DNA of 64,000 nt, from contig CAYSUL010000001.1 in assembly GCA_964434255.1 (NCBI GenBank), positions 181,695 through 245,694 on the forward strand. The letters run 5' to 3'. The notes below the pieces were generated by a model. It saw nothing but the letters and a program-made list of their open reading frames with translations. It was not told the origin of the DNA and ran no database searches. A program made the translations under genes and the position numbers. Each line of letters starts with the position of its first letter. The stretch's first letter is position 1. The DNA is from an uncultured Candidatus Saccharibacteria bacterium. GTDB lineage: Bacteria; Patescibacteriota; Minisyncoccia; Phycocordibacterales; Phycocordibacteraceae. Below are positions 9,548 to 19,444 of the stretch, in pieces.

Positions 9548-9559
9548 ACCTATGCAATG

Positions 9560-9592
9560 AAAAGGCCGCGGACACGCATCCGCGGCCTTTCG
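9560..9592 (-). terminator. Rho-independent terminator of the 9604..10104 gene
   Basis: ggccgcgga-cacgca-tccgcggcc with TTTTCATT on the minus strand. Confidence 0.6.
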
Positions 9593-9603
9593 AACCTTCT
9601 ACG

Positions 9604-10104
9604 CTAGCGCTTGTATGCGGATTCGAGCGCGTTCACTAGGAACTGGACAGCGTGAGGCGACGCCAGATCGTTGCCCGCGAGCAAATCAGCGAGCGCTTCC
9701 CGCTCGGTATCAGCAAGCGCGTAAAGGACCATGGCGCAGAGAATTTCCGATAATTCCCTATGGACCCACGAGAACGAGATGATATAGCTCTCGCCTCTGA
9801 CCGCTGCGCCATTGAAGGACCTATCGTGAGAGGGACATTTCGAGCTCCGGGTATGCGACTCGTGTATAGCGAGCAACCGCGCTTCCATTTGGCAATCACG
9901 GATGAGTTCGTGGCCGATGGTCAGATCCGGCTGACCGACGGGCGTTATGACGAGAGGATTCCCATCATAAAGCGATACGCACAGGTACCCGCCCTTCCTT
10001 TCTCTCTTCTCGAGCTCTTCGCGGTACGGAGAGTTCGAATCCCACATGGCGCGAAGGACCGCGGTAGCGGCATCCGCGAACTGCTGTATGTCTTTTGACG
10101 CCAT
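9604..10104 (-). CDS. hypothetical protein (start moved to MASKDIQQFAD; AGGGAG Shine-Dalgarno)
   Basis: 166 aa. Shine-Dalgarno 9 nt upstream of the ATG at 10104, and own terminator. Confidence 0.45.
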   Translation of the reverse strand: MASKDIQQFADAATAVLRAMWDSNSPYREELEKRERKGGYLCVSLYDGNPLVITPVGQPDLTIGHELIRDCQMEARLLAIHESHTRSSKCPSHDRSFNGAAVRGESYIISFSWVHRELSEILCAMVLYALADTEREALADLLAGNDLASPHAVQFLVNALESAYKR

Positions 10105-10162
10105 CGGCGCACTCCCTTGCTGACTGTTCTGGTTGCATATCATCATGCGTCCACGTAAAAAG

Positions 10163-10192
10163 CAAAACCGCCCCGGGGAAGGGCGGTTTTCG
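10163..10192. terminator. Rho-independent terminator (aaaaccgccc-cggggaa-gggcggtttt)
   Basis: Perfect 10-bp stem flanked by A4 and T4. Confidence 0.6.
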
Positions 10193-10330
10193 AGCGCTCA
10201 ATCAGGAGCGTTCGACTCTAGGGACGGGCAACCGATGCCCACAGGACGTTCAGGTGGGTAGAAAAGGCTGTCGCCTGCGGCCCCGCTATTGCTCCGCCAC
10301 AGCGCGAACTCGTCTTCCGTAAGCGTAGCG

Positions 10331-10666
10331 TCACTTATCTGCCGTTGCATTCACTCTCCTTCTCTCTTTCAGTCGGCCTTGGTAGATACGCTGTTCCGAA
10401 AGTGGGACCTTATGGAACAGCCAGCTCATGTCCTTCCCATCCTTCTTAACGCCCTTCCGATAGCGGTAGCGGAAGGCGGATTCGCTCCACTCCCAAGGAG
10501 TGTAGTAGGTAAGGGGCCTATCGGCCCAGGTAGGCCGGTCCACGAGGCCGCCGCCGAGCGAGCGCTGCACGCCGCGAGCGGTCTCCACTTCCTGTTTCGC
10601 TGCGCCGGTCAATCGCCTGATACGTTGCATTCGCACATCCTTTCTCAAAGAACAGGAATCGAGCAT
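10331..10666 (-). CDS. hypothetical protein (possibly starting at MQRIRRL, 10630)
   Basis: 111 aa. Between two terminators in the rplC-rpsJ insert. Confidence 0.35.
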   Translation of the reverse strand: MLDSCSLRKDVRMQRIRRLTGAAKQEVETARGVQRSLGGGLVDRPTWADRPLTYYTPWEWSESAFRYRYRKGVKKDGKDMSWLFHKVPLSEQRIYQGRLKERRRVNATADK

Positions 10667-10689
10667 ACCGCATCCTGCATGAAGATAAA

Positions 10690-10720
10690 AGCAAAACCGC
10701 CCGAGAGGGCGGTTTTGCTT
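10690..10720 (-). terminator. Rho-independent terminator of the tuf-rpsJ transcript
   Basis: aaaaccgccc-gagag-ggcggtttt with a T-run on the minus strand, 20 nt after the rpsJ stop. Confidence 0.7.
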
Positions 10721-10737
10721 CGGTCGTAAGCGAGTGC

Positions 10738-11100
10738 TTACACCATCTTCACATCGATCGTGACACCGGATGGAAGGTTGAGGTTCGTGAGAGCCTCGAT
10801 GACCTTCGGATTCGGGGACATGATATCGATGAGGCGCTTGTGGATGCGCATCTCGAACTGCTCGCGTGCGTCCTTGTGGACGAAGGTCGAGCGGTTCACG
10901 GTCCAGCGCTTTATCTCGGTCGGAAGCGGGATAGGGCCGACGATTGACGCATCGAAGCGGTTCGCCGTATCCATTATCTGCTTCACCGAGAGGTCGAGGA
11001 TCTTATGCTCGTAGGCGCGGACACGGATGCGAAGCTTTGGCTCCGCGGCGGGCGCGCTTGCGTCCTTTTTCGCCGTCTTCTTCGCTTTAGTGGCTGCCAT
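10738..11100 (-). CDS. rpsJ: 30S ribosomal protein S10 (Lys/Ala-rich N-terminal extension)
   Basis: 120 aa. RIRVRAYEHKILD motif. Confidence 0.93.
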   Translation of the reverse strand: MAATKAKKTAKKDASAPAAEPKLRIRVRAYEHKILDLSVKQIMDTANRFDASIVGPIPLPTEIKRWTVNRSTFVHKDAREQFEMRIHKRLIDIMSPNPKVIEALTNLNLPSGVTIDVKMV

Positions 11101-11121
11101 ACGAGTCAGGGTAGCACGCTA

Positions 11122-12324
11122 TTACGCGGTGATCTTGGTCACGACGCCGGCGCCGACCGTCTTACCACCTTCGCGGACGGAGAAACGGAAGTTCTCTTCG
11201 AGCGCGATAGGCGCGGTGAGCTTGACCTTGAAGGTCACGGTGTCGCCTGGCATCACCATCTCCTTGCCGTCTGGAAGGGTCACTTCGCCGGTCACGTCCG
11301 TCGTGCGGATGTAGAACTGCGGCTTGTATCCCGTGAAGAACGGCGTGTGGCGTCCGCCTTCATCCTTAGAAAGGACGTAGACCTCCGCTTCGAAGTCGGT
11401 GTGCGGGGTAACCGAACCTGACTTCGCGAGGACCTGGCCGCGGTGCACGTCTTCCTTCTTCGTACCACGGAGAAGAATACCTGCGTTGTCGCCTGCCTGG
11501 CCTTCCTGGAGCTGCTTGTTGAACATCTCGATACCGGTGACGGTCGTCTTCGCGGTTGGGTGGAGGCCGACTATTTCGACTTCCTCACCGACCTTGATAA
11601 CGCCGCGCTCGATGCGGCCCGTGATAACGGTTCCGCGACCTTCGATCGAGAAGATGTCCTCGATAGGCATGAGGAACGGCTTGTCGAGCTCGCGCTCTGG
11701 CTGCGGGAAGTACGTGTCCATGGTGTCCACGAGCTCCTTCACCTTAAGCGCCCACTGGTCGTCCGCTGAAGTCGCTTCGAGCGCCTTGAGGCCGGAACCA
11801 CGGATGACCGGGGTTGCTGCGCCGTCGTAGCCCTGCTTGGTAAGGAGTTCGCGCATCTCTTCCTCCACGAGGTCGAGCATGTCCGCGTCGTCAACCATAT
11901 CTACCTTGTTGAGGAAGATGATGAGGCGCGGCACACCAACCTGCTTGGCGAGAAGAATGTGCTCACGGGTCTGCGGCATGGCGCCGTCAGTAGCCGCGAC
12001 CACGAGGACTGCACCGTCCATCTGGGCGGCACCAGTGATCATGTTCTTGATGTAGTCAGCGTGGCCCGGCGCATCGATGTGCGCGTAGTGGCGGTTCGGT
12101 GACTCGTACTCCGAGTGGTGAAGCGCAATGGTAATACCACGCGCCTTCTCTTCCGGAGCGTTGTCGATGTTCTCGACCTTCTCTGCACGGGCCTTGTAGC
12201 CGGCTGCGGAGTTGAGGTTGAGGACGTTCAGGATAGCGGCCGTAAGGGTCGTCTTGCCGTGGTCAACGTGGCCGATGGTGCCCACGTTCATGTGCGGCTT
12301 GCTGCGATCGAATGCATCTGCCAT
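11122..12324 (-). CDS. tuf: elongation factor Tu
   Basis: 400 aa. [18 protein letters not shown] and NKVD motifs. Confidence 0.98.
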   Translation of the reverse strand: MADAFDRSKPHMNVGTIGHVDHGKTTLTAAILNVLNLNSAAGYKARAEKVENIDNAPEEKARGITIALHHSEYESPNRHYAHIDAPGHADYIKNMITGAAQMDGAVLVVAATDGAMPQTREHILLAKQVGVPRLIIFLNKVDMVDDADMLDLVEEEMRELLTKQGYDGAATPVIRGSGLKALEATSADDQWALKVKELVDTMDTYFPQPERELDKPFLMPIEDIFSIEGRGTVITGRIERGVIKVGEEVEIVGLHPTAKTTVTGIEMFNKQLQEGQAGDNAGILLRGTKKEDVHRGQVLAKSGSVTPHTDFEAEVYVLSKDEGGRHTPFFTGYKPQFYIRTTDVTGEVTLPDGKEMVMPGDTVTFKVKLTAPIALEENFRFSVREGGKTVGAGVVTKITA

Positions 12325-12524
12325 AGGTTCGTAAGTTACTGGTAGCTAAAGTTATAACTTTGCCGCGCCTGCCTGTTTTAAAAGACAGGCGACCAAGGCG
12401 GTAGGCGTTACCCGCGCAGCGCTTTCCACCAGTTCCCTATGAGAGGAACATTGAAAAGAGCGCCGTACTCGCGTTAATAGCTAAGATACAGGCCAGGAAG
12501 CGAGCGGTCAAGCTTCGAAGATAA

Positions 12525-12560
12525 GGAAACGCCCCTTCCGAGCTATCGGAAGGGGCGTTG
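12525..12560 (-). terminator. Rho-independent terminator
   Basis: aacgcccc-ttccgagctatcggaa-ggggcgtt hairpin followed by a U-rich stretch (TCCTTATCTTCG) on the minus strand. Confidence 0.5.
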
Positions 12561-12583
12561 TCTCTTGGGCGGGTCTGAAGACC

Positions 12584-12742
12584 TTAGTTTCGCTTGGGCG
12601 CCGGAGGGAGCCGCGGATGCTGGAAGCGTTCCTTCAGGTACGCGTCCTTGCCCTTGGGCGACTCATGAGGACGATGGTTAGCGTGCTCGATGTGCGGGGA
12701 CCTTCCCTCGCCACGGAGGAAGGAGGGACGATGATTAGTCAT
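12584..12742 (-). CDS. small His/Pro-rich ORF (52 aa, MTNHRPSFLRGEGRSPHIEHANHRPHESPKGKDAYLKERFQHPRLPPAPKRN)
   Basis: Not in the ORF track because it is under 60 aa. AAAGGTGA Shine-Dalgarno upstream and terminator downstream. Confidence 0.3.
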   Translation of the reverse strand: MTNHRPSFLRGEGRSPHIEHANHRPHESPKGKDAYLKERFQHPRLPPAPKRN

Positions 12743-12788
12743 CTCAATCACCTTTCGCTATCGTTCCGCCCTCTATGCTAGCACGCGT

Positions 12789-13244
12789 TTATTGCAGCTC
12801 GAGGACCGTGGTGAAGTTCCCGCGGAAACCGTTCGATTCCGTCGTCGATTCCTCCTGCTGGCCCACTTTAACGACGTACTCGCCCCCCTCCTCGAACACC
12901 CCTATCTCGTCTCCTCCGCCCGCGAACCAGCAGAGCACCCCTGAAATCTGGCCTGGCTGCAGGTTCTCGGCAGCGATCTCGGCGCACGATCCCGCGTACG
13001 TACCGACCTCCTTGCTTTCGGCCCCGCGAATGAGCGTGACCGCAGTCTGCGGGGTGCCGTCCTTTTCTCCGGCATCCTCGAACTTCCAACTGAAGGTGGC
13101 AGAATCGTTCGTTTCTGCCGCTTCCGGCATCTTAGCGAGCTCCATCTTCTTGAAATCAAGATCGCCGCGCATATACAGCGCCACGGCTGCAGCGATAGCT
13201 ATGAGCAGAAGCGCCCCTAGAAGCAGGTTCTTTCGTGTGTTCAT
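12789..13244 (-). CDS. hypothetical secreted/membrane-anchored protein (start at MNTRKNLLLGALLLIAIAAAV)
   Basis: 151 aa from the internal ATG. N-terminal signal/TM segment. Inserted between fusA and tuf. Confidence 0.45.
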   Translation of the reverse strand: MNTRKNLLLGALLLIAIAAAVALYMRGDLDFKKMELAKMPEAAETNDSATFSWKFEDAGEKDGTPQTAVTLIRGAESKEVGTYAGSCAEIAAENLQPGQISGVLCWFAGGGDEIGVFEEGGEYVVKVGQQEESTTESNGFRGNFTTVLELQ

Positions 13245-13330
13245 ACTAAAACGGTAGCATGGCGGGAAAAGGGAGAAAGAAGGACTTCGGGATAAGGAAA
13301 GGGCGGCCGCAAGCGGCCGCCCTAGCACCC

Positions 13331-13693
13331 TTATGAATTGCGACTCCCTCTCCGCCTGAACGGAACACGCTGGGTTATCTGGCCTGCCCTACCAAGACGA
13401 AGCGGTGGCACGCCGTGCGGAGCTTCCTCCCACCTCTTCAGCTCGTGGCCTCCGTCTATCGTGTCCATGCCCACCTCAAGGCTGCAGGACGGCCCAGCGT
13501 ACCGATAGGTATGCGCAGCCGCCAGAAGCAGCAGTACCTCCTCATCGGGAGTATGCGAGGCTTCCTGAGAAAAAAGCTCCAGCGAACTGGTGCCGACGAT
13601 ATAGGAATCCTCGTAATTCTCGAATGCGGGCCTGACAGTATTCATGAGCCCGACCCACACGATAAGTGAATGTAGATCTAAATCCTCGTTCAT
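13331..13693 (-). CDS. hypothetical protein
   Basis: 120 aa, acidic. First gene after the fusA terminator. Confidence 0.4.
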   Translation of the reverse strand: MNEDLDLHSLIVWVGLMNTVRPAFENYEDSYIVGTSSLELFSQEASHTPDEEVLLLLAAAHTYRYAGPSCSLEVGMDTIDGGHELKRWEEAPHGVPPLRLGRAGQITQRVPFRRRGSRNS

Positions 13694-13747
13694 CCCATTC
13701 CCCTATTGTTCTATCCCGACGGAATCCTAGCACACGCAGGCTAAAAC

Positions 13748-13775
13748 AAAGAGCCGCTTGAAGCGGCTCTTTGTC
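13748..13775 (-). terminator. Rho-independent terminator of fusA
   Basis: aaagagccgc-ttgaa-gcggctcttt with TTGTTTTAG on the minus strand, 16 nt after the fusA stop. Confidence 0.7.
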
Positions 13776-13790
13776 CTTACGAAAGTAAGA

Positions 13791-15938
<2,148 letters not shown>

Positions 15939-15999
15939 ATAGGTAATTAAAGTAAAAAGCCGCCGAGGCGTTAGTCATAAGATACGTTTTCGACTGCTA

Positions 16000-16036
16000 A
16001 AACGCAAGAAAAGCGAAGGGCGCGGATTCTATCCGC
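16000..16036 (-). terminator. Rho-independent terminator of the KGG gene
   Basis: agggcgcgga-ttctat-ccgcgccct with a T-rich run on the minus strand. Confidence 0.6.
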
Positions 16037-16070
16037 GCCCTTGTGTCGTCGCCCCGCTGGAGCGTATTGG

Positions 16071-16277
16071 TCAGCCGTTCTCCTTAGTGCGGCTACCCGC
16101 ACGATTGCTTTCACCGCCCTTGCGGCCAGCGGACGCGGCGAGGTCGCGGTCCTTGGCGAAGCTGCGCTTCTCGCCCGGGACACTCGCGCCGCCCTTGCGG
16201 GCGATTTCGCGCCGGCGTTCCGGATTCATCGCGGCGAAGCCCCGACGGGACTTTGGCTTAGCATTGGGGTCGCTCAT
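16071..16277 (-). CDS. KGG-repeat general stress protein (YciG/YmdF-like)
   Basis: 68 aa. RRGFAAMNPERRREIARKGG and a second KGG unit. Confidence 0.7.
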   Translation of the reverse strand: MSDPNAKPKSRRGFAAMNPERRREIARKGGASVPGEKRSFAKDRDLAASAGRKGGESNRAGSRTKENG

Positions 16278-16357
16278 TGGCGGGCCCTCCCTACTGTAAT
16301 CGCCCGGGATGGACGATTATCTGCCAGCACCTTACCAGGGCGGCATGGAGAGCGCCA

Positions 16358-16831
16358 CTACTGGCTCACGCAGTGATTGTACGAAGTGGTCCATCCGGCG
16401 CAGCCGGTTAGGGTCGAGGGTTCGGACGTGCCAGGATCCTGGTTCAAGACGGCACAGACCGTAAAGCGTCCATTGTTGTCATTCTCGTTTGCATAGAAAT
16501 AGTCGCCGGTCTGGTTCGCATAGAACGGATCGAGCGGCATCTTGGAGATATACGTCGGGACGATATCCGACTGGAGGGCGGCGCCCATTCCGCTGGTTGG
16601 ATTGGAGACGTAGGTGCACCAGCCGGATGTGCGCGGTAGTGAGCCGGTGCTGTTGTAGTAGCTGTTTATCGACTTCACGAGCTGGCTCACATCGGAGCGC
16701 CTCCGGGCATCGTTCGCCTTGTTGCGAGCGACGTTAAGCGAGGAAAGCACCACCGACGAGAGGATACCGATAATAGCTATCACCACGAGGAGCTCGATGA
16801 GGGTGAAGCCGCGATTGGTTGAGTGTTCCAT
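16358..16831 (-). CDS. type IV pilin / pseudopilin (prepilin N-terminal methylation motif)
   Basis: 158 aa from the internal ATG (MEHSTNRG|FTLIELLVVIAIIGIL). Class-III signal peptide plus hydrophobic helix. Confidence 0.8.
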   Translation of the reverse strand: MEHSTNRGFTLIELLVVIAIIGILSSVVLSSLNVARNKANDARRRSDVSQLVKSINSYYNSTGSLPRTSGWCTYVSNPTSGMGAALQSDIVPTYISKMPLDPFYANQTGDYFYANENDNNGRFTVCAVLNQDPGTSEPSTLTGCAGWTTSYNHCVSQ

Positions 16832-16833
16832 AC

Positions 16834-17097
16834 CTATTGCTTGATGATGGCCGGATTGATAACGCTGGCATCGATAGGCGTGATGACGACTATCTCCTTC
16901 GGTTGCGTCTTGAACGCGATGAATACCGATGCGGCGAGCACCGTACCAAGCACGCCGAGCACCACCTTCTCCATCTTGCCTTCGTCCTTCTTGGGCCCTG
17001 GTGTTATGAGCTGCCCGAGCGGAAGACCCGCACGCTTCCCGTTCGACCGACGCATGAGCGCCGGATCCTTTTCGGAATCGAATACTACCTCGTCCAT
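16834..17097 (-). CDS. small membrane protein (start chosen at MDEVVFDSE; the ORF could extend to 17247)
   Basis: One TM segment (VVLGVLGTVLAASVFIAF). 2-nt gap to the pilin gene. GGAAG Shine-Dalgarno at the chosen start. Confidence 0.4.
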   Translation of the reverse strand: MDEVVFDSEKDPALMRRSNGKRAGLPLGQLITPGPKKDEGKMEKVVLGVLGTVLAASVFIAFKTQPKEIVVITPIDASVINPAIIKQ

Positions 17098-17187
17098 GTG
17101 GCTTCCAGTATATACGCACCGAGCCGTCTTTCCGTCTTTTCCCCACGGGTGTAGGGTGAAATCAGAGCCATAGTAGGGAGAAAACAG

Positions 17188-17625
17188 ATGGAGATCCTTG
17201 AGATTGCTGTCCTGCCTGATGATTGGCCCGAGCACGAAAAGGTCCAATCGTTAAAGAAACCGCCGAAGGGCTGGCGCGGCGGCCACTACAATCGAGCGTG
17301 TCTTTTCGCAAAGCGTGGCTTCGTGCAATATGCGGCTCGACTGAACGAACCGTTCGATCGCCACTTTATCGGCATCATGTTCCTGCAATTGTTCGAGAGC
17401 TTCGATCAGCCTGCAGGCAGATGGCGGCGGCAAGTACCGCAATACCTGAAGACCTTCGATCCCTTCTTCGGGGCACCTATCACGGTCGGATTCGATCCTC
17501 TCACCGGCAACATGTGGGTAGCCGACGGGCATCATGATCTGAAATACTTCAGGAACCAAACCCTCAAGGCCGTGAAGCATGAGGGCTTTGAATTCGCCCG
17601 CGTAGTCCGCCCTCGCGAGCCCTGA
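17188..17625 (+). CDS. hypothetical protein
   Basis: 145 aa. AGGGAG Shine-Dalgarno and a plus-strand terminator 13 nt downstream. Competes with the antisense ORF 17251..17670. Confidence 0.45.
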   Translation: MEILEIAVLPDDWPEHEKVQSLKKPPKGWRGGHYNRACLFAKRGFVQYAARLNEPFDRHFIGIMFLQLFESFDQPAGRWRRQVPQYLKTFDPFFGAPITVGFDPLTGNMWVADGHHDLKYFRNQTLKAVKHEGFEFARVVRPREP

Positions 17626-17635
17626 CGAAATGTGA

Positions 17636-17668
17636 GAAGCGCGCCCTCCCGAGGGCGCGCTTTTCTTC
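17636..17668 (+). terminator. Rho-independent terminator
   Basis: agcgcgccct-cccg-agggcgcgct followed by TTTTCTTC. Confidence 0.6.
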
Positions 17669-17680
17669 AACCGCGTCCAT

Positions 17681-17718
17681 AAAAACAGAGGCGCCCGGTT
17701 GGGCGCCTCTTCGTTTTC
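17681..17718 (-). terminator. Rho-independent terminator of the 17731..17928 gene
   Basis: agaggcgccc-ggtt-gggcgcctct with TGTTTTTATGG on the minus strand. Confidence 0.6.
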
Positions 17719-17730
17719 GTCATTTTCTTG

Positions 17731-17928
17731 CTAGCAGTAGCGTGGGCGATTGGCCCGGTACGGCTCGAGATTGAGGCCTAGTTCCGGGATTGGTTCGGGT
17801 TCGGGCCGGAACCCGTTCTTCCGACAGATGTTTCCGGTGCATTCACCTCTTCGCGGACCGCACTTGAGTCCTCCCTCATCCGTACCGTTCGGAAGATCGG
17901 GACATCGTGGATGATGATGGCAATACAT
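17731..17928 (-). CDS. small Cys/His-rich protein (MYCHHHPRCPDLPNGTDEGGLKCGPRRGECTGNICRKNGF...)
   Basis: 65 aa from the internal ATG (ORF track gives 17731..17988). GGAG Shine-Dalgarno, 8 Cys, own terminator. Confidence 0.4.
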   Translation of the reverse strand: MYCHHHPRCPDLPNGTDEGGLKCGPRRGECTGNICRKNGFRPEPEPIPELGLNLEPYRANRPRYC

Positions 17929-18007
17929 GACCTTGCTCCATAAAAGTTCCCTCTGTGCCCACCCTACGCCTGCGATACGTAAATACAAGTGTGGGGGGGT
18001 GCATTAC

Positions 18008-18034
18008 GCAAAACCGCCCTTTCGGGCGGTTCGT
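18008..18034 (-). terminator. Rho-independent terminator of the rpsL-rpsG transcript
   Basis: aaaaccgccc-tttc-gggcggtt with TTTTGCG on the minus strand, 8 nt after the rpsG stop. Confidence 0.7.
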
Positions 18035-18041
18035 TCGGCTG

Positions 18042-18506
18042 TTACCAGGCGAAGTGGGCGAATGCCTTGTTGGCCTCGGCCATGCGGTGCATGTCGTCCT
18101 TCTTCTTGATAGCTGTGCCCTCGTTCTTAACGGCGAGGAGGATTTCCTCCGCGAGCTTCGCTGCCATAGGCTTACCCTTCTTGGCGCGTGCGGAGTTGAT
18201 GAGCCAACGGTATGCGAGGGAGACGCGGCGCTGCTGCGGCACTTCGCGCGGCACCTGGTAGTTAGCGCCACCGACACGGCGGGAACGGACCTCCATGAGC
18301 GGAGAGACGTTGCGGATGGCGGTCTCGAAGGTCTCGAGTGGATCCATCTCCTGCGCCTTGATGAGGTCGAGTGCATCGTAGACGACCTTGCGGGCGGTAT
18401 CCTTCTTGCCGTCCCACATGACGGTGTTGATGAAGCGTGAAATAGCCTCCGAACCATAAACGAGGTCAGGGCGGCGTGGGTACTTGTTTTTTACGGGATG
18501 TCGCAT
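18042..18506 (-). CDS. rpsG: 30S ribosomal protein S7
   Basis: 154 aa. Typical S7 C-terminal core. Confidence 0.93.
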   Translation of the reverse strand: MRHPVKNKYPRRPDLVYGSEAISRFINTVMWDGKKDTARKVVYDALDLIKAQEMDPLETFETAIRNVSPLMEVRSRRVGGANYQVPREVPQQRRVSLAYRWLINSARAKKGKPMAAKLAEEILLAVKNEGTAIKKKDDMHRMAEANKAFAHFAW

Positions 18507-18521
18507 GGTGGTATATGAAAA

Positions 18522-18932
18522 CTATGCCTTAGGCTTCTTAGCTCCGTAACGGGAACGGGAACGGCGACGCTTATCGAGACCGGCGGTGTCGAGGCGACCA
18601 CGCACGATGGTGTACTGGACACCGATATCCTTCACGCGACCACCGCGGAGCATGACCACGGAGTGCTCCTGGAGGTTGTGGCCCTCGCCCGGGATGTAGG
18701 CGGTGACTTCCATGCCGTTGGTGAGGCGTACGCGGGCGATCTTACGGATAGCGGAGTTAGGCTTGCGGGGAGTCTTTGTGGTCACCTTCACGCACACGCC
18801 ACGCTTGAACGGCGCCGAGTAGAAGGTTGGGCGGTTCTTAAGGGTGTTGAAGCCACGTCCAAGAGCCACGACCTTCGTTTTGCGGGTCAGTGGCTTACGT
18901 GCCTTCTTCGTGAGCTGATTGATGGTTGCCAT
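18522..18932 (-). CDS. rpsL: 30S ribosomal protein S12
   Basis: 136 aa. PKKPNSA(I)RK and RGGRVKD motifs. Confidence 0.97.
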   Translation of the reverse strand: MATINQLTKKARKPLTRKTKVVALGRGFNTLKNRPTFYSAPFKRGVCVKVTTKTPRKPNSAIRKIARVRLTNGMEVTAYIPGEGHNLQEHSVVMLRGGRVKDIGVQYTIVRGRLDTAGLDKRRRSRSRYGAKKPKA

Positions 18933-19001
18933 TTCGAAATGAAAACTCCCCCGTGGGAGTTAGGCACACTATATATAAAGGCCTATATAAATGCAAATTA
19001 T

Positions 19002-19442
19002 CTAGGCTTTGCCTGCTCCTTTCCTTCTCAGTCGCTCCGGAAGCTCAGAAGTACCTAGTAATAGGAGCGAGAGGAATCCATAAAGCACTGCAAGTAGGCC
19101 AGCCCACATACTCACATCATTAAGGGCAAAACCTGCAAATTTCATATGTGACAGAGCAAATAGAAGGGGTACGACCAGAATACCGCACCATAAAGAGAAG
19201 CGTGCCCATAGGCTATAAGTCCTACGAGTGGTAAAGAAGGCGAGAAGAGACGCGATAAGGAATGTAATGGAGAGGGGTAGACCTGGATCTCCTATCTCCA
19301 CTTCGTAAGGAGACCTACAAATTAAGCCTTGGGTATTCGTTAACACTTCATTGCACAGCCCGAACCATTCTGGCCATATGAGGTAAGAGGATAGGCCTGT
19401 CGCGAGAATCCCTACACCAATCAATACGTATCTGATGCTCAT
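19002..19442 (-). CDS. integral membrane protein (4 predicted TM segments)
   Basis: 146 aa and hydrophobic. First gene of the low-GC segment. Confidence 0.55.
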   Translation of the reverse strand: MSIRYVLIGVGILATGLSSYLIWPEWFGLCNEVLTNTQGLICRSPYEVEIGDPGLPLSITFLIASLLAFFTTRRTYSLWARFSLWCGILVVPLLFALSHMKFAGFALNDVSMWAGLLAVLYGFLSLLLLGTSELPERLRRKGAGKA

Positions 19443-19444
19443 GG

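Noticed and set aside
12345-12480. Expected tRNA genes (Thr/Tyr/Gly) upstream of tuf
   Set aside because: No cloverleaf could be folded. Only a promoter-like hairpin (gcctgcctgttttaaaagacaggcg) is present.
17251-17670. 139-aa minus-strand ORF as an alternative to 17188..17625(+)
   Set aside because: Its first 10 codons read through a strong hairpin that behaves as the terminator of the plus-strand gene. Only 20 nt separate it from the upstream convergent terminator, leaving no room for a promoter. The plus-strand ORF has an AGGGAG Shine-Dalgarno sequence. Kept only as an ambiguity.
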